64,000 nt of DNA, from assembly GCA_947478175.1 (NCBI GenBank), contig CANJUQ010000007.1:10364-74363 (forward strand). Reading direction: 5' to 3'. The notes under the pieces were generated by a model. The model searched no databases. It worked only from the letters and a program-made list of their open reading frames with translations, and had not been told where the DNA came from. Each line of letters starts with the position of its first letter. The stretch's first letter is position 1. The translations under genes and the position numbers were made by a program. Positions 1 through 8,565 of the stretch are shown here, piece by piece. The stretch is from Thiotrichales bacterium. Its GTDB lineage: Bacteria > Pseudomonadota > Gammaproteobacteria > Francisellales > CACEW01.

Positions 1-365
1 TTTTTTTGAGCATCTTGAGCAATAGCAACGTGGGTATATTTCAAATGTTTATAAATGCCCTGAGCCAAGAGCTCAAAACTAGAGAGAGAGTGACAGGGGA
101 TCTTTGCGCCAGCAGCGAGGCCCTGTGCAAAAGAGGCACTCATGCGACAGCCAGTAAAACTTCCGGGGCCATTTCCAAAATAAATTTCTGTTAGATCTTG
201 GGCTGAAATCCCAGCGCTATTTAATAAAGACTGAAAAGCAGGAATGACTTGCTCGTTATGACGAATCTGGCCCGTTGTATGAGTTTCATGAAACGTATGA
301 ATTTGCTGGTTAGATAGCAGTGCTAAAGAACAGGTATTACTGGAAGTATCAATAATCAGAATATT
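1..365 (-). CDS. tsaB: tRNA t6A modification protein TsaB (YeaZ), N-terminal part; the 3' end runs off the window
   Basis: My own minus-strand translation reads NILIIDTSSNTCSLALL...EIYFGNGPGSFTGCRMSASFAQGLAAGAKIP. This matches the YeaZ/TsaB IDT..CS.AL and GPGSFTG.R motifs. It is absent from the ORF track because the stop is off-window. The start is ambiguous: there is no ATG, only ATT/CTG near 357-362 or TTG at 422. Confidence 0.8.
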
Positions 366-377
366 AGATAGGGTGGA

Positions 378-419
378 GGGGCGAATCTCGTATTCGCCCT
401 TGATTCTTGTATTCGCCCT
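378..419. repeat. REP-like palindrome (GGGGCGAATCTCGTATTCGCCC) plus an adjacent half copy
   Basis: The hairpin GGGCGAA/TTCGCCC was read directly. It belongs to the same family as the copies at 7374, 7505, 7755, 39163, 39214, 46526, 47151 and 61435. Confidence 0.8.
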
Positions 420-465
420 CAATTAGTTATCCCTTAATCAGTTATCTGGAGTCCAGTCAAAAATT

Positions 466-488
466 CGCGTAGAGTACGCGCTTTTTTT
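466..488 (+). promoter_or_regulatory. Terminator-like hairpin with T-run in the ppiB 5' leader
   Basis: CGCGTA-gag-TACGCG is followed by C and T7, and preceded by an A-run. It ends about 17 nt before the ppiB ATG, in a divergent intergenic region. Confidence 0.35.
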
Positions 489-505
489 CACAAGGGGAAC
501 CCATT

Positions 506-1015
506 ATGACCGCTACGACGGCTACGATTGCGACGCTTAAAACTAACAAAGGTGATATTCATCTTAAGCTTTTTACCAAAGAGACACCGCTGACTTGCGC
601 CAATTTTATTAATTTAATTAACCAAGGTTTTTATGATGATTTGAAATTTCATCGAGTGATCAAGGGTTTCATGATTCAAGGCGGCTGTCCTTCAGGGACT
701 GGAACGGGATCACCTGGCTATCGTTTTGAAGATGAAGTCAATACAGGATTGAAACATAACAAACCTGGAATTTTATCCATGGCTAACGCCGGTCCAGGAA
801 CCAATGGCAGCCAATTTTTTATTACCCATGTACCCACTCCTCATTTGGATGGTCGTCATACAGTCTTTGGTGAAGTGGTCAGTGCTGAGGATCAAAAAAT
901 TGTCGATGCCATTGCACAAGGCGATCGTATCGAAGAAGCCTTAGTTGAAGGCGGGGAAGATTGTTTGGCTCAGATGAAAGATCGTGTGGCCGCTTGGAAT
1001 AAAGTATTAGCTTAA
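506..1015 (+). CDS. ppiB: Cyclophilin-type peptidyl-prolyl cis-trans isomerase, cytoplasmic
   Basis: Contains [30 protein letters not shown] and HTVFG cyclophilin motifs. There is no signal peptide. Confidence 0.93.
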   Translation: MTATTATIATLKTNKGDIHLKLFTKETPLTCANFINLINQGFYDDLKFHRVIKGFMIQGGCPSGTGTGSPGYRFEDEVNTGLKHNKPGILSMANAGPGTNGSQFFITHVPTPHLDGRHTVFGEVVSAEDQKIVDAIAQGDRIEEALVEGGEDCLAQMKDRVAAWNKVLA

Positions 1016-1030
1016 GGAAAATCAGAAATC

Positions 1031-1555
1031 ATGAGTATTAAAAATCTAAGTGCTGGCAAAGATGTCCCGAATGATATCAACGTCATTATTGAAATCCCGG
1101 CCATGAGCGAGCCTGTGAAATATGAATTCGATAAAGACAATGGTTTATTAATGGTCGATCGTTTTATGGCGACTTGTATGCAATATCCAGCGAATTATGG
1201 CTTTGTTCCTCAGACACTTTCTGAAGATGGAGATCCTGTCGATGTATTAGTCGTGACGCCTGTGCCATTGAGACATGGCTGTTTGATCCGTTGTCGTCCG
1301 ATTGGTGTTTTAAAAATGACAGACGAGTCAGGGGTCGATGCTAAAGTCTTAGCAGTTCCTGTCGATAAACTTTGTCAGCTGTATCACGACGTCAAAGAAT
1401 TAGCAGATCTACCTAATTTATTAATTAGACAAATCGAACATTTTTTCTCTCACTATAAAGATCTTGAAAAAGGCAAATGGGTCAAATTAGAGGGCTGGGG
1501 TGATGCTGAAGCTGCCCGTGCTGAGATTTTGGATGGGATTAAGCGGTTTAAATAA
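1031..1555 (+). CDS. ppa: Inorganic pyrophosphatase (family I)
   Basis: Contains VIIEIP...[25 protein letters not shown] and FF..YKDLE motifs. Length is 174 aa. Confidence 0.95.
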   Translation: MSIKNLSAGKDVPNDINVIIEIPAMSEPVKYEFDKDNGLLMVDRFMATCMQYPANYGFVPQTLSEDGDPVDVLVVTPVPLRHGCLIRCRPIGVLKMTDESGVDAKVLAVPVDKLCQLYHDVKELADLPNLLIRQIEHFFSHYKDLEKGKWVKLEGWGDAEAARAEILDGIKRFK

Positions 1556-2502
1556 TGGGTGGGATAGAAATACTTTTTGTATTAAAGCAATTTTTAGCTG
1601 AACTTCTTTCTGAAAAAGTTAGTTTAGAAAGACAAATAGAAATAATTAAAATTTTTAATCAGCATCAAAAAAATCCCAATGTATTATTTTTGCTAGCTCA
1701 AGAATTGCTCTCTCAAGCCAAATTATTAAAACAAGTTCCAGCAGACGCGATCGATATTGTCGGGACGGGGGGCGATGGATTTAATACTTTAAATTTTTCG
1801 ACTTTAAGTGCTTTCTTAGTTGCTAGGGCAGGCTATCCAGTGATTAAACATGGCAATAAAAGCGCGACGAGTAAGACCGGCAGTTTTGATTTTTTAATTA
1901 AATTGGGTGTTTCAATTCCAGAAACGCCAGAAGAAGCTGAAAAGATATTAAAAGAAAAAGGGATTGTTTTTTTATTTGCGCCTTATTTTCATCCCCTCAT
2001 GGCCCGGGTGAAAAAAGCCAGAGATTTTTTTGCCTCTCAGGGTGAGAGAACTATTTTTAATTTGATCGGCCCCCTAATTAATCCAGCCCGAGTTAAACAT
2101 ATGTGCGTTGGGGTATACCAAGAAGATTTAGTCCCTGTTTTTGCAGAAGTCTTAGTGAGATTAGGCGTTCAATATGCCTATATAGTCTGGGGGAATGGGC
2201 TAGATGAATTTAATTTGATGGGTCGGCATAAATTAATAAAAATTCAAAAAGGTAAAATCACAGAAGAAAATTTTAATCCTCAAGATTATAGGATTAAACC
2301 TGCGCCTATTTCTGATCTGACTGGCGGGGATATTGACCAGAATGTCAAAGAGGGCCGTGAATTATTAGAAAATAAATTACAGGGCCCTAAAAAAGAAATG
2401 CTTATTTTAAATACTGCTGCCGCTCTAAGAGTGGCGAGTGAATTTAAGCTGTCTTGGGAAGAGAGCCTGAGAGAAAGTTCAAGAGTAATTGGCTTGATTT
2501 AA
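1555..2502 (+). CDS. trpD: Anthranilate phosphoribosyltransferase
   Basis: Contains GTGGDGFNTLNFST, KHGNKS..SKTGSFD and RTIFNLIGPLINPA motifs. The start overlaps the ppa stop (TAATG). Confidence 0.85.
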   Translation: MGGIEILFVLKQFLAELLSEKVSLERQIEIIKIFNQHQKNPNVLFLLAQELLSQAKLLKQVPADAIDIVGTGGDGFNTLNFSTLSAFLVARAGYPVIKHGNKSATSKTGSFDFLIKLGVSIPETPEEAEKILKEKGIVFLFAPYFHPLMARVKKARDFFASQGERTIFNLIGPLINPARVKHMCVGVYQEDLVPVFAEVLVRLGVQYAYIVWGNGLDEFNLMGRHKLIKIQKGKITEENFNPQDYRIKPAPISDLTGGDIDQNVKEGRELLENKLQGPKKEMLILNTAAALRVASEFKLSWEESLRESSRVIGLI

Positions 2503-2565
2503 TACTTGATTAATTTTTGATTTTTATAATGTACTGGCATTTAAAAAATAAACCAGGAGATCAAA

Positions 2566-2796
2566 ATGTCAGGAACCTCTACAACTTCAGCCTCAGCCTC
2601 GGTAACAGCTGCTTCAGTTGCATCATCAGTAGTAAGACCTCGTGTTGTGGATTGGGCAACACTAAAGGCTACATATCAAGACTCACTCGTATTTGAGCGT
2701 TACGATCAGGATAATAGTAATAGGTCTGCATTACTTCCTAAAACTGCTGCACTCTCAAGCCGAGATACAGAGATGGGCTTTCCTTCCAGCAAATAA
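2566..2796 (+). CDS. Hypothetical 76-aa protein with an S/T/A-rich N-terminus, inserted between trpD and trpB
   Basis: An AGGAG SD lies about 8 nt upstream of the ATG. I recognise no motif. A 14-bp perfect palindrome (TGCGAAGCTTCGCA) follows it. Confidence 0.4.
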   Translation: MSGTSTTSASASVTAASVASSVVRPRVVDWATLKATYQDSLVFERYDQDNSNRSALLPKTAALSSRDTEMGFPSSK

Positions 2797-2844
2797 AGTA
2801 AAAAACCTGCTGCGAAGCTTCGCAACGGGTTAGATAATTCCGTA

Positions 2845-2885
2845 GAATCCCGGGTTCTTTTTTAGATGGAATCTGGGATTTTTTT
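2845..2885 (+). promoter_or_regulatory. Hairpin plus T-run abutting the trpB start codon (possible attenuator or terminator)
   Basis: AATCCCGG (2846-2853) pairs with CTGGGATT (2873-2880). A T-run at 2879-2885 runs directly into the ATG at 2886. An alternative AGAA..TTCT/T-run pairing lies at 2844-2863. Confidence 0.3.
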
Positions 2886-4061
2886 ATGAAATTACCGACT
2901 CGATATGGATCTTACGGCGGTGTTTTCGCACCAGAAGCGCTTATGAAAGTCTTGATGGAAGTCGAAAGGGCATTTATAGAAACCCAGACAAATCCAGATT
3001 TTCAGAAACAATTTGCAGAGCTCTTAAAAAATTTCGCAGGGCGCGAGACGCCTTTAACTCATGCGAAAAATTTATCTAAAAGATTAAAGCGTGAGATTTA
3101 TTTAAAGCGCGAAGATTTACTGCACGGCGGGGCGCATAAAACTAACAATGTCATTGGGCAATGTTTATTGGCTAAATATCTTGGAAAAAACAGAGTTATT
3201 GCTGAAACAGGTGCCGGGCAGCACGGTGTTGCGACAGCAATGGTCGGGACCATGCTGGGGCTTCAAGTCGAAATCTATATGGGAAAAATTGATGTTGATC
3301 GTCAGGCGTCCAATGTTGCTCGGATGAAATTATTCGGGGCAAAAGTGCATTCAGTGACCAGTGGCAGTGCGACGTTGAAAGATGCCATTAATGAAGCTAT
3401 GCGAGATTGGATGACCCATCCAGACGATACTTATTATTGTTTCGGGACTGCGGCTGGGCCTCACCCGTTTCCAACGATGGTTAAACAGTTTCAAGAAATT
3501 ATTGGTAAAGAAGCTCGAGAACAAATTTTAAATCAAGCAGGAAGACTTCCTGATGTGATCTATGCCTGTGTTGGAGGTGGATCCAATGCTATTGGAATTT
3601 TTTCAGAATTCTTAGCCGATGAAAAAGTGGCCTTAGTGGGTGCTGAGGCGGATGGAGAAGGTATTGAAACCGGTCGTCATGCGGCCACTTTACAATGTGG
3701 AACGCCTGGCGTTTTTCATGGCATGGAGTCTTATTTTTTACAAGACGACGATGGCCAGATTACAGAACCTCATTCGATTTCAGCCGGTTTAGATTATCCA
3801 GGTATTGGTCCCATTCATCCGTATCTTAAAGAAACAGGGCGAGTTTTATATTTAGGTGCGACGGACGAAGAAGCATTAGAAGCGTTTGAAATATTGGCCC
3901 AAGAAGAAGGCATTATTCCTGCCTTTGAATCCGCGCATGCCGTCGCGGTTGCTTTGAGGCATGGTTTAACCCAGCCAGAAGGATCTATTTTATTAATTAA
4001 TATTTCTGGGAGAGGCGATAAAGATCTTGAGAGTTATATGCGTTTAAGAGGCTTGAAATAA
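2886..4061 (+). CDS. trpB: Tryptophan synthase beta chain
   Basis: Contains YGGVFAPEAL, HGGAHKTNN, AETGAGQHGVATA and GGGSNAIG motifs. Confidence 0.96.
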   Translation: MKLPTRYGSYGGVFAPEALMKVLMEVERAFIETQTNPDFQKQFAELLKNFAGRETPLTHAKNLSKRLKREIYLKREDLLHGGAHKTNNVIGQCLLAKYLGKNRVIAETGAGQHGVATAMVGTMLGLQVEIYMGKIDVDRQASNVARMKLFGAKVHSVTSGSATLKDAINEAMRDWMTHPDDTYYCFGTAAGPHPFPTMVKQFQEIIGKEAREQILNQAGRLPDVIYACVGGGSNAIGIFSEFLADEKVALVGAEADGEGIETGRHAATLQCGTPGVFHGMESYFLQDDDGQITEPHSISAGLDYPGIGPIHPYLKETGRVLYLGATDEEALEAFEILAQEEGIIPAFESAHAVAVALRHGLTQPEGSILLINISGRGDKDLESYMRLRGLK

Positions 4062-4074
4062 GAGGTTTAAAATA

Positions 4075-4887
4075 ATGATTAATAAAAATAGATTTCAAAA
4101 ACTTTGGGCCCGTCAAGAACATGTATTTATGCCGTTTTTTACTTTAGGTGATCCTAATTTTGAGAATTCTTTTGAAATTATTAAAGCAGCGATTGAAGCA
4201 GGGGCAGATTGTTTAGAACTGGGGATTCCCTTTTCGGATCCCATTGCGGATGGTCCAACGAATCAAAGATCGATGGCAAGAGCTTTAAAATCAGGGATGA
4301 ATTTTGAAAGAGTCTTAGCGCTATTAACCAAAATTAGGGCATTGTCTTCTGAGATCCCCATTGGATTATTACTGTATTACAACGTGATTTATCATCGGGG
4401 CTTAGAGTTATCTTTAAGTCAATTAGCAATAGCGGGTGTTGATGCCATTGTATGTGGGGATTTGCCCATCGAAGAAGGTAAATTGTTTGACCAAGCTTGT
4501 GAACGCTATGGGATATCGCCGGTCTATATGGTCGCGCCTAATACGCCAGATGAAAGGGTAAAAGAAATTTTTAAACGTTCGCCAGCTTATACCTATGTTC
4601 AAAGTGGATTGGGGGTGACAGGGGTTAAAGAAAGTGTTGCGCCGGGGACGATTGAGCATGTGGGGCATATAAAAGAATTAGTAAGCCCCCTCTCTGCGTC
4701 GTTCAAAATGATTGTCGGTTTTGGAATTTCAAAACCAGAACAGGTTAAACAAATCTGGTCGGCTGGGGCTGATGGAGCCATAGTGGGCAGTTATTTCAGT
4801 CAGGTCATAGAAAAAAATTTAGAAGATTTAAATTTAGCTAAAAAGATCATTCAAGAGTTTGTGCGGGAGTGCCATCAGTCATGTTAA
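4075..4887 (+). CDS. trpA: Tryptophan synthase alpha chain
   Basis: Contains PFFTLGDP, LELGIPFSDPIADGP and VGFGIS motifs. Confidence 0.93.
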   Translation: MINKNRFQKLWARQEHVFMPFFTLGDPNFENSFEIIKAAIEAGADCLELGIPFSDPIADGPTNQRSMARALKSGMNFERVLALLTKIRALSSEIPIGLLLYYNVIYHRGLELSLSQLAIAGVDAIVCGDLPIEEGKLFDQACERYGISPVYMVAPNTPDERVKEIFKRSPAYTYVQSGLGVTGVKESVAPGTIEHVGHIKELVSPLSASFKMIVGFGISKPEQVKQIWSAGADGAIVGSYFSQVIEKNLEDLNLAKKIIQEFVRECHQSC

Positions 4888-5858
4888 TTGTCATGGAAAA
4901 TCGAGCGACAGAAGACCAGATAAAAGCCGTGTGTCAGACGGTTGTTCTTTTGGGATTAGAAGCGCATGAGATGCCTGGAGCTCAAAGAGTTGCGATTTGT
5001 GTGACAGGTAATGATGGATCTGTTTCTGAGAGGCACTTTGCAGATTTATCTGGCATTCGAGAAATCATTCGGGTTTCTAAGCCATATAAATTGACGTCAA
5101 ACGAAGTGAAATCTGAAAAAACGATTGTTCAAATTGGAGAAAATTTTATTGGTCAAGATAAGCCAGTTTTGATTGCAGGGCCGCTGTGTGTCGAACAAGA
5201 GTCTGTGACCATCGAGATTGCCAGAGAATTAAAAAACATGGGCGTGACATGTTTTAGGGCTGCGGCGTTTAAAGCCAGAACGAATCCTTATAATTTTCAA
5301 GGCTTGGGTAAAGAAGCTTTAAAAATATTAAGCAAAATTAAACAAGAGCTGGGTTTGGCGATTATCACAGAAGTGGTTGATCAAGAGTCTGTTGATCTTT
5401 GTTTACCCATTGCAGATGCTTTTATTATTGAATCTCACAATATGCAAAATTTTTCTTTGTTAAAATCTGTCGGGAAAACTAATAAGCCTATTATTTTAAA
5501 ACGTAGTATCAGTGCAGATTTAGAAGATTGGCTAATGTCTGCAGAATATATTTTGTCGATGGGCAATGATCAGGTAATTTTGTGTGAGTCTGGGATTCAG
5601 AGCTTTACTAGCTATTCCAGTCATACGTTGGATCTCACCGTTATTCCAGCTTTAAGACGTTTTACGCATTTGCCCATTATTGTCGATCCATCATTTGCGT
5701 CGGGAGATCATCGTTATGTACTCCCATTGGCTAAAGCGTCTTTAGCGGCAGGTGCAGATGGTGTTATGTTGGAGTGTCACACGAGGCCTTCAAAGGCCTT
5801 GAGTGGTGGGGCGCAGGCCGTGAGTACTCAGGCGCTGAAAGATTCGGGGCTGATGTAA
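4881..5858 (+). CDS. 3-deoxy-7-phosphoheptulonate (DAHP) synthase, class I-beta, with an N-terminal ferredoxin-like regulatory domain
   Basis: The N-terminus MLIVMEN..TEDQIKAV resembles the FL/ACT-like domain of Thermotoga-type DAHPS. It also has LIAGPLCVE and GADGVMLECH..PSKALSGGAQ motifs. The ATG at 4881 overlaps the trpA stop; the track start is 4869 (GTG). Confidence 0.85.
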   Translation: MLIVMENRATEDQIKAVCQTVVLLGLEAHEMPGAQRVAICVTGNDGSVSERHFADLSGIREIIRVSKPYKLTSNEVKSEKTIVQIGENFIGQDKPVLIAGPLCVEQESVTIEIARELKNMGVTCFRAAAFKARTNPYNFQGLGKEALKILSKIKQELGLAIITEVVDQESVDLCLPIADAFIIESHNMQNFSLLKSVGKTNKPIILKRSISADLEDWLMSAEYILSMGNDQVILCESGIQSFTSYSSHTLDLTVIPALRRFTHLPIIVDPSFASGDHRYVLPLAKASLAAGADGVMLECHTRPSKALSGGAQAVSTQALKDSGLM

Positions 5859-5882
5859 ATAAATGGGGGTGTTGATAGATAA

Positions 5883-6464
5883 TCAAACACACTCTATTTC
5901 AGGACTCTTCCATTTAATATTGCAACCCAAACTAGGTTTTTGATTTTGTGAGATAGGCTGATGTGTGAGCACACAATCTAAAGCTTGAGTTAAGTCTTTC
6001 CCTGTAGGTTCTATGCCATTGCCAGGGCGGGCGTCATCAAACTGGCCTCGATAGATGCACTGGAGATTATGATCGAAGATATAAAAATCCGGCGTACACG
6101 CGGCTTGATAGGCTTTAGCGACTTCCTGGGTTTCATCGAATAGATATGAAAATGGATAGTTAAAATCTTTGACATCTTGAGCCATATTTTCAGGAGAATC
6201 TTCTGGGTATTTTTCAATATCATTACTGCAGAGGGCTATAAATTTAATATTTTGTTTTTGATAAACATGAGCGATTTCTGAAATTTTGGTTTTGATTAAT
6301 TTAACAAATGGGCAGTGATTACTAATAAACATAATGACAGTTGCTATGTCTGATTTTAATTTTAATTCAGACAGGCTTTCATAGTGCCCCGTCACAGGGT
6401 TTAACAAAAAAAAGTCTGGGGCGAGCGTTCCCAAGGGCAGCATATTAGAAAGTGTCTTAGCCAT
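5883..6464 (-). CDS. Thioredoxin-fold protein (AhpC/TSA-like redoxin family)
   Basis: Contains the redoxin-type motif FISNHCPFVK and a conserved CTPDFYIFD region. Length is 193 aa. Confidence 0.75.
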   Translation of the reverse strand: MAKTLSNMLPLGTLAPDFFLLNPVTGHYESLSELKLKSDIATVIMFISNHCPFVKLIKTKISEIAHVYQKQNIKFIALCSNDIEKYPEDSPENMAQDVKDFNYPFSYLFDETQEVAKAYQAACTPDFYIFDHNLQCIYRGQFDDARPGNGIEPTGKDLTQALDCVLTHQPISQNQKPSLGCNIKWKSPEIECV

Positions 6465-6469
6465 GAGGA

Positions 6470-7075
6470 TTAACTCGCATCGGCTGGGATGCTCAGCCAG
6501 GTATTTTGAGTAGTACTGGAATCAGTGCTAGTTGTTGCTGGAGTGGCTGTTGTTGAAACAGTAGTAGAAGTTACCGGGGCAGCAGAAGGGGCAGAAGAGA
6601 TAGAAGAGGGGGGTGAAGCTGCTGGAGTTTGAGTACTGGCAGCAGCAGAGGCAGGCCCTGGAATAGAAACTAGTGTGACGGTTCTATCAATCTCTGTCGA
6701 CAGATCCCAAGGACGCATGTAGCTCAAAGTGATTTGAGTTAAATAAGGGGCATTGTGGAAACAAGGTTGGACTTGAAAAGTAAATACAGCTTTGCCAGGT
6801 GCGCCAGGCATTTGGGGATTGCCAGGAATAAATTGGTAGTTAGTTAGTTTGAAAAAATGGTTATTGGATTGTTTTAAATACCAGCCATAACCCGTTGATG
6901 GATTTGCTGTAAGGTTTAATTCCAATGTGTCTTGATTGGGGGAAATCATAACGGGTTTATTAGCGTTATTTGTTTTATCTGTTTGATTAATTGGCATGGC
7001 TAAAGCAACCAATGGGAATAAGAGCGTTAAGGCTGAGATTTTTAATAGTTGAGATATTAAAGAAGACTTGAGCAT
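6470..7075 (-). CDS. Secreted chagasin-family (I42) cysteine-peptidase inhibitor with an S/T/A/P-rich C-terminal tail
   Basis: Has a signal-like N-terminus, the chagasin motifs NPSTGYGW and MRPWD, and a GAPGKAVFTF loop. The roughly 60-aa C-terminus is low complexity (AAASTQTPAASPPSSISSAPSAAPVTSTT...). Confidence 0.8.
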   Translation of the reverse strand: MLKSSLISQLLKISALTLLFPLVALAMPINQTDKTNNANKPVMISPNQDTLELNLTANPSTGYGWYLKQSNNHFFKLTNYQFIPGNPQMPGAPGKAVFTFQVQPCFHNAPYLTQITLSYMRPWDLSTEIDRTVTLVSIPGPASAAASTQTPAASPPSSISSAPSAAPVTSTTVSTTATPATTSTDSSTTQNTWLSIPADAS

Positions 7076-7262
7076 GGTGATTGTCCTTATTTTAAAATCA
7101 ATATTTTAAGTTTCAAAAATTTAGAAATAGAAAAAATAGGGGCGGAAGTATAACCAGGAAATTTGCTTTGACATCCGTGCAGTATGTAAAAAATTCAAAA
7201 AACAAAAACCAAAAAACGCTTGAATTGGCGAAGCGGCTTCCATACAATCGCGCCTCTTTTCT

Positions 7263-7339
7263 AGGCACGTAGCTCAGTTGGTTAGAGCACCACCTTGACA
7301 TGGTGGGGGTCGTTGGTTCGAATCCAATCGTGCCTACCA
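7263..7339 (+). tRNA. tRNA-Val (anticodon GAC), CCA encoded
   Basis: Folded by hand. The acceptor AGGCACG pairs with CGTGCCT. The anticodon stem is CCACC/GGTGG with loop TTGACAT. The T arm is GTTGG-TTCGAAT-CCAAT. The 3' end is ACCA. Confidence 0.93.
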
Positions 7340-7373
7340 GTTTTTTTATTCAAATAATTTTTTTGAATTTCCC

Positions 7374-7398
7374 GTAGGGGCGAATCTTCTATTCGCCC
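7374..7398. repeat. REP-like palindrome GTAGGGGCGAATCTTCTATTCGCCC
   Basis: Read directly. It differs at one loop position from the copy at 61435-61459. Confidence 0.85.
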
Positions 7399-7486
7399 AA
7401 ATTCCGCTTGGCGAAGATATTGGTTGTGAATATGCCGCCCCTGTTGGGATCCGGATTAACATCAAATCGATTGATTTTCTAAAAAT

Positions 7487-7860
7487 TGATCCAAGATTGC
7501 GGACGGGCGAACACGAGGTTCGCCCCTACACCCTCCCAATTAGAAAGGCTAATTTAACCTCAAATTTCCTTAAGGCAGTGCCATTGATGTCCGGGTTATG
7601 TCCGGGTTATGTCCGGGTTATGTCCGGATTGACGGGATTGACGGGATTGACGGGATTGACGGGATTGACCGGATTATTCTGGCAAGAACCATCGGGTTTT
7701 AGGCCCCTGCATTCCAGTGCTGTCGATGTATTGGATTGATCCAAGAAATGCGACGGGACGAACATGAAGTTCGCCCCTATCCTCCCTATAAGAAAGGCCA
7801 ATTTAACCTCAAATTTCCTTAAGTCCGTACCATTAGACAGGCAGGTCTGCCCCGGTGACA
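7487..7860. repeat. Composite repeat block: two ~100-bp direct repeats, each carrying a REP hairpin, with an 11-bp and a 9-bp tandem array between them
   Basis: DR1 is about 7487-7585 and DR2 about 7737-7834. Both read TTGATCCAAGA..GCGACGGG(C/A)CGAAC..GTTCGCCCCTA..AGAAAGGC.AATTTAACCTCAAATTTCCTTAAG. TGTCCGGGTTA occurs about 3.7 times (7588-7627). GATTGACGG occurs about 5 times (7627-7675). Confidence 0.85.
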
Positions 7861-8065
7861 TCCAATTGATTAAAATTTGTGAATGAGATCGCGGGAATGT
7901 GGGTAATAAAGGACTGCCATGTTTTATTGTATTATATAAATATCTTTAATTTTTAATTGAATATTTTGAAAAAACCATAGCAATCTTGCGGTTTCTTTTG
8001 TTTAATGCCGACTGTTCTGTTTATAAACAAGAATAAAAAATAAATATAAAAATGGAGATTGAATA

Positions 8066-8470
8066 ATGTCTGGATATATCCCTAAACGGAGGGTGTCGGC
8101 CCCTCGTTTTTTAGAAGGACTGGAAAGCGAATGTTTTAGAGAGTGTGAAGTGTTTGAGCTTAACAAAGAGCGAGAAAAAGAATACTTAGCTGCTGAGAGG
8201 AGTGAAAAGCGTTTTTGTTCTTTCAAAAGCACGGTTTTTCAAATTAAAAATACAAAAAACTTAATGTCTTCCAAATATTCAGGTTTGCTTGATGAAGCAT
8301 TATTTGGGGTGATGGAAGGGCGTACTAATCATATTCGTGTTATTAAAGCTTCTAAAAATAGCCAGCCTTTTCAGATGCAATCTCAATTATCAAAAGTATT
8401 GGCTAGTACGAAAGATTCATGTTCATCCCCTGATACAGTTTCTAGACTAAGAAGCGGACGGTATCTGTAA
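8066..8470 (+). CDS. Hypothetical 134-aa protein (orphan, in an AT-rich tRNA-flanking region)
   Basis: The ORF has GGAG about 9 nt upstream of the ATG. I recognise no motif. Confidence 0.4.
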   Translation: MSGYIPKRRVSAPRFLEGLESECFRECEVFELNKEREKEYLAAERSEKRFCSFKSTVFQIKNTKNLMSSKYSGLLDEALFGVMEGRTNHIRVIKASKNSQPFQMQSQLSKVLASTKDSCSSPDTVSRLRSGRYL

Positions 8471-8565
8471 GTTGCTGAGGGTAACCCCTCCGTTGTCCCT
8501 ACAAGATTATTTTGTTTTATGAAACAATCCGCGGCCTTATTTTTTTAAATATTAAGATGGGCTAA

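Noticed and set aside
6-194. 62-aa plus-strand ORF at the window start
   Set aside because: It lies antisense within the clearly recognisable tsaB coding sequence, so it is a shadow ORF.
2566-2796. The 76-aa ORF as a trp leader (attenuation) peptide
   Set aside because: It is far too long and contains a single Trp with no tandem Trp codons. It is kept only as a hypothetical CDS.
7113-7301. 62-aa minus-strand ORF (MSRWCSNQLSYVPRKEA...)
   Set aside because: It is the antisense reading of tRNA-Val (the WCSNQLSY-type translation is a classic tRNA shadow).
7588-7675. Possible CRISPR array suggested by the regularly repeated short units
   Set aside because: The units are only 11 bp and 9 bp and are strictly contiguous, with no spacers. 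These are micro/minisatellites. No cas genes are present in the window.
7497-7861. ORFs 7497-7739 (+) and 7607-7861 (-) encoding LTGLTGLTGL / NPVNPVNPV repeats
   Set aside because: Both are read through the REP hairpins and the tandem arrays. The 11-bp array changes frame. There is no SD. They are most likely non-coding repeat DNA.
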